Assembly (NCBI GenBank): GCA_964016885.1
Contig: OZ024741.1
Span: 145,390,001-145,454,000, forward strand
Direction of reading: 5' to 3'
Length of the DNA: 64,000 nucleotides
DNA from: Eledone cirrhosa
Taxonomy: Eukaryota
A program made the position numbers and the translations under genes. Below, in pieces: positions 51,400 to 61,793 of this stretch (positions are counted from its first letter, which is position 1; each line of letters opens with the position of its first letter). The notes under the pieces are model-generated. The model was given only the letters and a program-made list of their open reading frames with translations. It did no database searches and was not told where the DNA came from.

Positions 51400-51815
51400 T
51401 GTTGATAATAAAAATGATGTTGATAATAAATTGATGATGATAGTGATAATGTTGGTGAAGAGGTGGCGATAATGTTGATGAAGAGGTGATGATAATGAAG
51501 TTAGTGGTGATAATGGTGTGGATGGTGGTCATAATTTTGATGACAATGATTTTGGTGGTATAGGAGGTGATGATGGTGATGAAGATTGACATGATGACGG
51601 TCATGGTTTTAGTGGTGGTGATGTTGATGGTGGTGATAGTGGTCATAATGGTGATACTGATGATGGTGGTGGTAGTGGTCATAATGGTGATACTGATGAT
51701 GGTGGTGGTAGTGATCATAATGGTGATACTGATGATGGTGGTGGTGGCAGTAATATTGATAGCAGTGATAATGATGATGGTGCTGATGATTATTATGATG
51801 ATAGTAGAGTTGATG
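51400..51815. repeat. (GAT/GGT) low-complexity array with internal repeats
   Basis: GTGGTCATAATGGTGATACTGATGATGGTGGTGG-like unit three times at about 51638-51746. Confidence 0.85.
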
Positions 51816-51862
51816 GGATATTGCAATTTCCAGTGATAGGCAGATGGACAAACAGACAGGCA

Positions 51863-51934
51863 TATATATATATGCTGGGTCCGTCAACCCTTATTATTAT
51901 ATATATATATGCTGGGTCTGTCAACCCTTATTAT

Positions 51935-51940
<6 letters not shown>
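51863..51940. repeat. Tandem duplication of about 39 bp
   Basis: TATATGCTGGGTC(C/T)GTCAACCCTTATTATTAT twice. Confidence 0.9.
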
Positions 51941-52013
<73 letters not shown>

Positions 52014-52249
52014 CAAATATGGATAACTAAATAGATAGATGGGTGGGTGGATGGGTGGATATAGAGACAGATAGATGGGTAGATAAAAAGACAAGGAAAT
52101 ACTGATGACATATAGATAGATAGACAACTAGCTAGATAGATAAGTAAATAGATAGATTGATTGATTTATGATTTTTTACTAAAAATTGTTTGCATTTCTT
52201 GGAGACTGACAAAATAGTGAATTTGTTTCATATACATAACTGGTTACCA

Positions 52250-52520
52250 AATTCCAATCATTTGCAAAGGAAAGGTTTTGTAGTACATTCATATGAACCT
52301 ATAACTGTCTTTGGAAAATGACAATGTACAAAATGTATGTAACTTTACTATCACATAATAAACCTGATTTCTATTTTCCATGACAAGAATGACAATGGTG
52401 TTCTAATAATTGATGTAGCAATACCAAATGACCAGAATATAGAGAAATAGCTTGGAGAAAATCTAAAATAATTGCACTCACTTAGCTTTTGTATGTGACA
52501 TATGAGAATCATTACCATCA
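52250..52520 (+). mobile_element. R4/Dong-like restriction-like endonuclease fragment
   Basis: HNKPD...HDKNDNGVLIIDVAIPNDQNIEK (PD..D motif), degenerate. Confidence 0.55.
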
Positions 52521-52587
52521 TTCCATTTACTACTGAGAAAGATACACAATCATTTCTGTAAATTAAAAAGAAGAAAAGGAAAACTGG

Positions 52588-52750
52588 CAGACATAGCTGT
52601 GTAGTTAAGAAGTCTGTACTTTGCAGCATTGGGATTTTGGGTTCTATTTTATTGCACAGCTCACTGAGCAAGTGTCTTCTACTGAAGCCATAAGTTTACC
52701 AATGCCTTGTGAGTGTAATTTGGTAGAAAGAAACACTGTAGAAGCCCACC
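52588..52750 (+). mobile_element. tRNA-derived SINE (family C, degenerate)
   Basis: TAGCTGTGTAGTTAAGAAG head, GGGTTCTATT box, TGAGCAAGTGTCTTCTACT..CCTTGTGAGTG..GAAGCCC. Related degenerate copies at about 6105-6250 and 57915-58050. Confidence 0.6.
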
Positions 52751-52873
52751 ATTATATATATATATATATGTATGAATGAAGTAATTCCGTCGGAAAGGTA
52801 CAGGAAAAAAGAGTGCTCTATGTAGGCTACAGAGATTATTAGTTATGTAATAAACAACATAAGATAATTATTT

Positions 52874-52930
52874 CATTTACCAGTGGTTTCTTGAAAGCAG
52901 ATATTATATCTGTTTTCAGTCGTCAGAATA
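52874..52930 (-). ncRNA. Type I hammerhead ribozyme
   Basis: Minus: tatt CTGACGA c tgaaa a cagata taa tatctg c tttca a GAAA ccactgg T A aatg. Long stem II, near-palindromic stem III ACCACTGGT, 4-bp stem I. Confidence 0.75.
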
Positions 52931-53710
52931 TATAAAAAAAAATATATATTTATACACTACAAAGCATTTTGCCCAATTATCTAATGATTCTTCCAATTCA
53001 CCAATAAAGGGTCGAATGGCAGAATTGTTAGATCATCAAACAATGCTTTGTTGTATTTTTTCTGGCTCCTTACGTTCTAAGTTCAATTCCCACAAAGGTC
53101 AATTTTGTGATTCATCCATTCAGGTTCAATAAAATAAAGTATCAGTCAATATAATCGACTGCCTACCTCTCACCAAATTCCTGGCCTTCTGTCAAACTAC
53201 AATTATTCACAACTTTCAGTTTTATTATGATACTGATGAAAATTTCACTGGAAAATTTACATTCAAACATCATGTAAATTATTTTTTTAAATTACAATCT
53301 ACAAATGAGACAGATGTGTATTAAAAAAATGATTAAAAAATTGGTTGTTTAAAAGCAGTTGTTTCAAATATTGCACAACAGAATTGTTATTTGTGAAATG
53401 TTGTTGAAATGCTTATGAAAGTTTAATATATCAAATATGAATGGACCAATTTCTTCACAAATTATTTGATATAACAATCATAACCATCAATTCAAATTAG
53501 AGAGGGAAAAAACAAAATTAAAAAATCATAGATATTTTCATAACATAAAAGCAGCAATTCTGCAGAGAAAATGATGCTAATAATGGTAAATATATCATTA
53601 TTGTTTGAAGATAGAGGAAATAGGAGTTTCTTGAGGTTATAAGAGTAGTGTGAGAGATAGATTAAAACAGTGCAAAACGTGTGTGTATATGTACATACAC
53701 ACACACACAT

Positions 53711-53741
<31 letters not shown>

Positions 53742-53742
<1 letters not shown>

Positions 53743-55250
53743 TTGTTTTGCAAGGTTTTTGATATGAAATCGTGTGTCGAAACAAATATTGTTATACTTG
53801 GGGAGGGTCATATTGTTGTAATAATATTGCCAGAATTAATAACACAACACACTCACTGTTTGGTTGGTTTTCGCTTCTGTATCTTTTATATCAGTTAATT
53901 TATTCGGTCCTCAATGTTTACCATTGACTGACCAATGGTAAAAAAATACAGATATAATATAGATATGAACACAACTTTCAGTTTTATTATGATACTGATG
54001 AAAATTTCACTGGAAAATTTACATACAAACAACACTGAGTTCTTTCATTGCACATCTGCAACATCGTCAGTGGTGCTATTATGTTCCTCCTGTTGTATTG
54101 TATATCTATGCCATCTTTATTTAATCTGTTTATTTATTTATTTATTTTTGTCTTCTTCTCTGCGCATGCGTTTGCGTGTGTGTATAGTGTTTGGTGTGTG
54201 TTCGCGTTTGGGTGACTGTGTTTTGGTTATTGTATTCTATCTTAGTTTACTAGTGTGTGTTTATTGTTATTGTGCTTGTGTATATATTTATTTATTTATT
54301 TATATTTCTCTTAGGTCAGTATTGTTTGTTTGGGTGTTGTTGTTATTTCATTCATTTTTTTCTGTTTAGCTTTGGCCTTCTAAGTTCTATTTCACTGGCC
54401 TCTCTGATTTGCCTATCTGCTGAGTCATTTCTATGTTTAGATATTATTTTAATTTCTATGTTGTCTATGTTACAGTCATGTTGTTGTCTAGCGTGTTCGT
54501 ATAGTACTGAACCCTTTTTTTCGTCCTTTTAGTTCCCCCAGTGTTGGTCTATCCTTTCTCCTATGCTTCGGGCTGTCTTGCCTATGTATGTTGTTGTCAT
54601 GTTTCTGCAAGTACCCTCTGTACATCTTATGCTATAGACTACGTTTCTAGTTTTACAGTTTATCTGGGGGTTTACTTTACATATAATACATTTCCTATTA
54701 GTACAGTGGGTTTTCTTAAAAGGGTATGTTTTGCTGATCAGGGATTTTATGGTAGTTCCTGGCTTTTCTACCACCTTAATCTTTAAGTGGGTCTTTCTCA
54801 GGGCCTTTTACACTGGTTAGCTAATTTCCCCAACACACACCAAACACTATACACACACGCAAATGAATGCGCAGAGAAGACAAAAATAAATAAATAAATA
54901 AATAAACAGATTAAATAAAGGTGGTGTAGATATACAATACAACAGGAGGAACATAATAGCACCACTGACGTTGTTGCAGATGTGCAACGATAGAACTTTG
55001 TTAGACTATATATATGTGTTTATATCTATATTATATCTGCATTTTTTTACTGTTGGTCAGTCAATGGTAAACATTGAGGACCGAATAAATTAACTGATAT
55101 AAAAGATATAGAAGCGAAAACCAACCAAACAGTGAGTGTGTTGTGTTATTAATTCTGGTAATATAATTACAACAATATGACCCTCCCCAAATATAACAAT
55201 ATTTGTTTCGACACACGATTTCATATCAAAAACCTCGCAAAACAAATATA
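53742..55250 (-). mobile_element. 5'-truncated Penelope-like element with ~450-bp inverted arms
   Basis: Arms about 53742-54215 and 54826-55250; GIY-YIG domain between them; flanked by (TA)/(CA)n. Confidence 0.92.
54352..54810 (-). pseudogene. Penelope GIY-YIG endonuclease domain with one in-frame stop
   Basis: CTNRKCIIC..NCKTRNVVYSIRC..TYIGKTARSIGERIDQHWGN*KDEKKGSVLYEHARQQH..RQIREASEIELRRPKLNRKK*. Confidence 0.93.
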
Positions 55251-55304
55251 TATATACATATATACACACACACACACACACGTGTGTGTGTGTGTGTGTG
55301 TGTG

Positions 55305-55647
55305 TATGTGCAACATAAATGCAAGAGATGAGCAGAGCTTGGATGAACTGAGTGTGAAGCTGGGTTTAAGAGAAATCCGAGGTGGTGTGCAGGAGAGAAG
55401 ACTGCATTGTTACAGGTATGTGATGCACATGAATGATGATTGGTGAGGGAAGAAATGCCAGAAAATGACAGTGGGTAGAAGCCACAGCAGAGGTAGACCA
55501 AGAAACACTTGGGTGGTGAGAGTTGACCTCAAATTTCTAAAACTCACAGAGGAGATGATGAGTGGAAAGATGTGCTGAAAAGGATCCGTCCAACTCATAT
55601 AAGTGTGGAAAAATGGACACAAAAACAATGATGATGATGATGATGAT
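55305..55647 (+). mobile_element. Diverged RTE LINE 3' fragment
   Basis: MCNINARDEQSLDEL..VQERRLHCYRYVMHM..RGRPRNTW; (GAT)n tail. Confidence 0.8.
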
Positions 55648-55674
55648 ATATTGTGTGAGTGATATATATATATA

Positions 55675-55980
55675 CAGTGGAATTTCACGAACTTAATTCA
55701 TTCATGAAGGTCGTTTGTCACCCAAAATGTTCATAGAGCAAAACTATTTTTCTCATATGAAATGTTGAGAGAAAAATACGGTGAGAGAGGGACTGTGTGT
55801 GAAAGACAGATAGATATCACTATTGTAACTAACTACACAGCAAGTGATGCATTCCTGCTGACACTCCCAGCTTGTCAGCCAATCATTGTTGCTGGCTTGC
55901 ATATTCTTTACTGGAGACACTGTTTATGAACGGAGATGTTTTATGTTAGGAAAAATTGTTAGTGAACCAAGGTTCCACTG
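55675..55980. mobile_element. Tc1/pogo (Tigger-like) MITE
   Basis: TA|CAGTGGAA ... TTCCACTG terminal inverted repeat; the right TA TSD is imperfect. Confidence 0.55.
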
Positions 55981-56194
55981 TTTATATATATATATATATA
56001 TTAGTAAAAAGGAAAAGAAAATGCTGACAAATTTTTCCCAGTGAAAAATAGTTTAATTAGGAAGAAGTATAAATTAGTAATAAGTATTAGTTAGTATTCA
56101 GTTTTAGCTTTAAGTTTTTTACCGGTTGCGCATTTCTTATGCTTTTCAAAAATAATTTTGAGAAAGAGTGCTCGTGATTTTTGCTCTAATCTGA

Positions 56195-56247
<53 letters not shown>

Positions 56248-56250
56248 CTG

Positions 56251-56360
<110 letters not shown>

Positions 56361-56379
56361 TATATGTATAGTGTTTGAA

Positions 56380-56622
56380 TGCCATCCTCCCACTCCCTCC
56401 AACACCACCCTTTCTCTGTAAAGTTATGTTGGTAACACAACATCCAGTCCACACTGTAAATGTGGTTGGTGTTAGGAAGGGCATCCAGCCATAGAAAACC
56501 TACCAGATACAGTCCTATACGAGCAAGACACGGTCACCCGATTAATCTTGCCTCAAGTGGGACAATTCCTGTCTAACCCATGCTAGCGTGGAAGATAGAC
56601 GTTAAACGATGATGATGATTAT
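56380..56622 (+). mobile_element. RTE 3' UTR-only copy
   Basis: Matches 37140-37497 with internal units missing; (GAT)n tail. Confidence 0.85.
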
Positions 56623-56742
56623 GATATATACATAACTTAATGGTCAGTGATACATTTTGGTTGGTTAGCTTATAGCCTGTCATAAAACACATACTATGGT
56701 TTTCAAATATCTTTATGTCACAAATGAAAGACTTTGTCCATT

Positions 56743-56935
56743 TAATAATTGTTTCTATTATTGGCACAAGGCCAGCAATTCACCAGTACATTACTGGTAC
56801 TTTATTTTATCGACCCCATAAGGATGAAAGGCAAAGTTAACCTCGGCGGGATTTGAACTCAGAATGGCAAGGGCCGTAACTCTATGCGTCAAAGCAAGGC
56901 GTCCGGCCCTCTACCGATACTGCCCGATACTGCCC
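56743..56935 (-). mobile_element. tRNA-derived SINE (family A)
   Basis: Reverse-complement match to 11909-12102. Confidence 0.88.
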
Positions 56936-58096
56936 TTTGTCCATGTAATAATGATTACGATGTATATAGGTATTGTTGACATTTTTCATAGGGATTTTCA
57001 TTGACTTTATGATGTTTTGTTTCTATATATAATGTAAAATAGATACATAGATAGTATACATGTATGGTCCTGTAATGGCGTCTTGGACATTTTAAATCTG
57101 GCAGAGCTCATCCCTCTTCTGGTCTGAACACAGTTCATTTCTTCCAGAGAATGTAAGAAAGTGATAGAGATGGAGTGAAAAAGAAATATGAGTATAGAGG
57201 AAGAATCGACCCCAGTTTTGTATTGGCACGTTTTATTTTTATTGATTTTTAAAATATGAAAAGCAAATCTGAACTCAGCAGGATTTGAATTTAGAGCCAG
57301 AGTGAATAATACAAGGCATTCTATCCAACATTCTAGTAACTCTACCAATTCACCATACAGATAGATAGAGAGAGGAGAAAATAAATGTGATATGTATTTA
57401 AATTAATTGATTTATAATGTAATTAATTCACAGTGTTTTTAGACAATTTAAAATGTAAACTATACTATTCTTTTAATAAATTTACAGCTTTTGCATCACT
57501 GTGAAAACTAAACATATTGGTTACATCGTAGGTTTTAATTACTTTATGGCTAGAAAAATGGGATTGAGTTGGTCTGGCAAGGCAAGAAATTGTTCAAATA
57601 TAACCCATTTTTCTGGCTAAAGCGGGATAATGACTTGTAGAGAAATCAATTTGTTTACATTTCTCAGCAAAAAACTATGTAGAGCATTTATTACATTTCA
57701 AAATATGCATCTTTAGCTTGGGATAAAGGGGAGCAGTTTGTGTGTGTGTGTGAGAGAGGGAGAGAGACAAACAGACAAACAGACAGAGAGTCAGGCAGAG
57801 TTAGTGTATTGTGTGTTTGTGTGTATGTGAGAGAGATAGAGAGAGAGAAAGGGAGACAGACAGAGTCAGTGTATTGAGTGTTAGTGTGTACATGCATGTG
57901 TGGATGCAGCAAGGAGGATTAGTTAAGAAGTTTGCTTTGAAATCATAAACTTTTGGATTTGATCCTACAGTGTGACATCATTTCCCATAATATCATGTTG
58001 ACCTAAGTATTGTGAGTGAAATTGAAAAGACAAAAACTGTATGGAAGCTTGTCAAATGACTGCATTTGTAATTCAAAGGGTCAGCTTTATCATACA

Positions 58097-59076
58097 CTAG
58101 CATTAAAGCCCGGCGTTGCTCGGGGTCATTAAGTTACCAAAGTTAGGTTGCACCACCCATTTTATGGCAGCACTTTTTTGTCTACCAGGCACTGAGTGAA
58201 TGAATTGCAGACCTGGAAGCAGGAGCTGCGCCAGCAGTGACAATTGTAGTTTCGCCTATGCAAAAAAGTGTTGAAATTTATTGTTTCACAGTACTTGCGC
58301 AACACGTGCGTAGACGATGTCAGCTGAACAACAGAGCTGCGATGGAGTTGTTCTGCATGGTTGTCTGTGTGTTTTCTAAATTTAAGACAGTAGGGAGGGT
58401 TGTGATATGAGGGAGAGTTAGCTGTTGTTTCTAGCAGGTTTAGTGACCTTATAGAGGATATGTTTTCTAAATTTAAGACAGTAGGGAGTGGTGTGATATG
58501 GGGGAGAGTTAGCTGCTGTTTCTAGCAGGTTTAGTGACCTCATAGAAGATATGTTTTCTAAATTTAAGACAGTAGGGAGGGGTGTGATATGGGGGAGAGT
58601 TAGCTGTTGTTTCTAGCAGGTTTAGTAACCTCATAGAGGATATGTGTTTTCTAAATTTAAGACAGTAGGGAGTGGTGTGGGGAGGGGTGTGATATGGGAG
58701 GAGAGTTAGCTGCTGTTTCTAGCAGGTTTAGTAACCTCATAGAGGATATGTGTTTTCTAAATTTAAGACAGTAGGGAGTGGTGTGAACGGACACTATCAC
58801 CATCAAGCTTGGAAAGAGAAAGTAGCAGAAAGTATGAAGTTGTATAGATTTTGAATGGTAGTAGAAAGAGTTCAGCAGTTTAAATGAGAGAGAAAAATCG
58901 TAAAATATTGAGTTTTATCTATTTTTTGCGTAATTGTGGATGAAATTGAAAAAATTATCTGCGTCAAGATGCAATCGAAGCTATTTCGAATAGTGAATGG
59001 TAAATTTCAATTGAAGAAATTCTATATCGTAGATTTCTATAACGAAGGAGCATGACCACACACTGAGCTTTATAGA
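58097..59076 (-). mobile_element. Non-autonomous Helitron
   Basis: Minus strand: A|TCTATAAAGCTC 5' end at 59076, hairpin CCCGAGCAACGCCGGG, CTAG|T at 58097. Splits an older repeat whose relative lies at 21710-21865. Confidence 0.9.
58371..58785. repeat. ~91-bp tandem repeat x4.4 inside the Helitron
   Basis: Units start at 58371, 58462, 58553, 58646 and 58752. Confidence 0.95.
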
Positions 59077-59254
59077 TTATGATTATGTCACATTGAATCT
59101 CCTCACCTCCAAATTATATTATGGGTAAATATGTCTGTGGAATATTCAGATATTTGCATATTAATTTAATGAACAGGCTGTTTGATTAATCAAACAAGTA
59201 GAATACTCATTGTTGAAACCAATGGAGGCCACTTACCCGTTTCTCTTTTACATT

Positions 59255-59269
59255 TGTGTGTGTGTGTGT

Positions 59270-59356
<87 letters not shown>

Positions 59357-59374
59357 GTGTGTGTGTGTGTGTGT
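59255..59374. repeat. (TG)n microsatellite
   Basis: Directly visible. Confidence 0.98.
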
Positions 59375-59766
59375 AAATGAGACAGAAGTGAATTGACAAG
59401 AGTATGTGAGAAAATGAGGGAGATTATATAGATAGATGGAGAGAATAGAAAGAGAGGGAAATATATATATCATCATCGTTTAATGTCAGTTTTCCATGCT
59501 GCCATGGTTAAAGAGAAAAAGAGAAAGAAAGAAAAAACCCCAATCCTCTGATAAATTTCTAAATATTTTATTTCATTTTTTTCATAACGTTTTTTTATTA
59601 TCATTTCCTCACATCAAATTGCAACAAATAGTCAGTCAATGATAAAAAAATATCTTGTTTGTTGACATTGGGAAAAAAGTCATAGCTAGGAACCAACACT
59701 CAGTCATTAATCTAACCAATTTGTGAATACAATAATCAAGACTATATTTATGTGCAGCAGCTCTAT

Positions 59767-59990
59767 AATAATAATAATAATGATTTTTACTATAGGCACA
59801 AGGCCAGCAATTTGGGGAGAGGGGAATGATAATTAAATCGATCCCAGTGAATTACTGGTACTTTATTTTATTGATCCCGTAAGAATAAATGGCAAAGCTC
59901 ACCTCGGTGGTATTTGAACTCAGAAAGTAAAGTGCCATAACTCCATACCACAAAGCATGGTATTTGACGCTCTACCGATACTATCAATCC
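59767..59990 (-). mobile_element. tRNA-derived SINE (family A)
   Basis: Reverse-complement match to the other copies; (TAA)n flanks. Confidence 0.85.
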
Positions 59991-60009
59991 AATAATAATA
60001 ATGATAGTA

Positions 60010-61370
60010 ATAGAATGCATCATCCAAAAGCAGATGTGGATTGCTTCTATCTCCCTAGACACAATGGAAGTAGAGGAATGATCCAGCTGGAGCTTTCATA
60101 CAGGATATCAACCATTGGACTAAATCGTTACTTTAGAACCACAGATGACTGAACAATGAAAATAGATGCAGATAATGAAAGGAACAAGAGGTTACATTCA
60201 GTCACAAAGAAAAGTAGGAAGTTTGTAGAAGAATTAGGAATACATTTTGAAAATGATGGTGATTCTGCAATTAAAGCGGCAAAGAATATCGAAGTGTTGG
60301 CAAAACATGAAGGTCAACAGAGGCTCTCTGAACTAAATGGGAGCAAAAACCACTGCATGGGCAGTATGTTCTTCGTAACTAAAAACCTGATGTACATCAA
60401 GCTCTCACCTACCAGTGGCTGTGAAGTTCTGGGCTAAAGGAAGAGAATGGGGGCTTTATTTTGGCTGCACAAGACCAGTGTCTTTCAACATGCAACTTTC
60501 AAGCCTATGTGATCAGAAATGGAGTTGACCGAAAGTGTCAATTCAGTGATGACCATGTTTAGACCATTGACTACCTGGTTTCAGGCTACCCAGGAATATA
60601 CAACTAGGCGTGATAGAGTGTGGAAATACTTACACAGGGTAATGTGCAAGTTTTATGCTCTGAAAACAGAGGGAAAATGGTACAACAATCACTCAGATGC
60701 AGTAACAGGATGCAAGAATGTGACAGTCCTCTGTGATTTCCTTGTGAATACTGACAGAATAATCATGTTCAACAAACCTGAAATAATTGTGAATAAAGAG
60801 AAAACATGTTTCTTAATTGACATGAGTATTCTATCAGATCGTAACATCTCCTCAAAAGAATTGGAAAGCTCATTAAGTAGAAAAATATATAAATTTCATT
60901 TGAGAAAATGTGGCATCTTAAGGCCTGTACAATACCAGTGTCAACTTATGGACTGGACTTGATCTTTGCTCTTTTAACTCTGCTGCTGGTGATCAAACTT
61001 TATGAAGAAAAATATCTCATGTTGATACGCAGTCTGCAACTGGTGGAGTTTAGGATCAAAGAGAATACCAGTGATAGTTGGCACATTTGGAATGATAAAA
61101 CAGGGAACTGAAAAATATTTGGACTGGATACCTGGAAATTCATTGCTGCAAGAAATACAGAAAATAGTGCTGACAGGAACTGTCCATGAAAAGTGAATTA
61201 TCAATTTAAAAACCTTGCAAAGGTATTTACTGTTGTTTGTGAACTTGTGGCATCATTTATATGACAATTGATTGTAAAATGTGTGTATTATCAAATTTTG
61301 CCTCAGGTGTCAGGTTGCCACACTGCAGGGTTTGGGAAAGAAGCCAAATTCAAAGGAAGATATTATTCAA
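60010..61370 (+). mobile_element. R4/Dong-like non-LTR retrotransposon 3' half, degenerate
   Basis: MHHPKADVDCFYLPR..GFILAAQDQCL..EYTTRRDRV..NKPEI..FLIDMSI..KMWHLKACTIPV/IVGTFG..EIQKIVLTGT. Begins after (TAA)n. Confidence 0.85.
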
Positions 61371-61486
61371 ACGACCACAATGAAACATATATTTGATGGG
61401 CTTATATACCCATTCACTCTTAGTATTATTCTGAAATGGACATACTAATTTGCATGTAATTAGTGCTCGTGTTGGTAATTAATTAA

Positions 61487-61694
61487 CCCTTTAGCATTTA
61501 CATTACTCTATATTTACTATTGTATTTTCACGGTAAAGGCTTTATCTCACATAATATTGAATCTATGAGATTTTGATATTATTTATTTTGAGAATAATAC
61601 CTTAACCTCAGTATAAGTAGCTGGGTACAGCCAGTTTGAACAGAAAGAGGTGAGAGAATTCTGGCCGGATATGGCTGGTTTAAATACTAAAGGG
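61487..61694. mobile_element. piggyBac-like MITE
   Basis: TTAA|CCCTTTAGCATTTA ... TAAATACTAAAGGG|TTAA (14-bp TIR, one mismatch, TTAA TSD). Confidence 0.85.
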
Positions 61695-61793
61695 TTAAGA
61701 TATATATTAAGAACTGCACTAACTGCCAAACTATATGATAAAGTTATATCTGTATAAATACACCATGAGTAACCAAGCTGCACCAACGTGTGT

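Noticed and set aside
53233-53262. CTGATGAAAATTTCACTGGAAAAT (also at 53995) as a hammerhead
   Set aside because: No stem II, stem III or stem I pairing in the required register.
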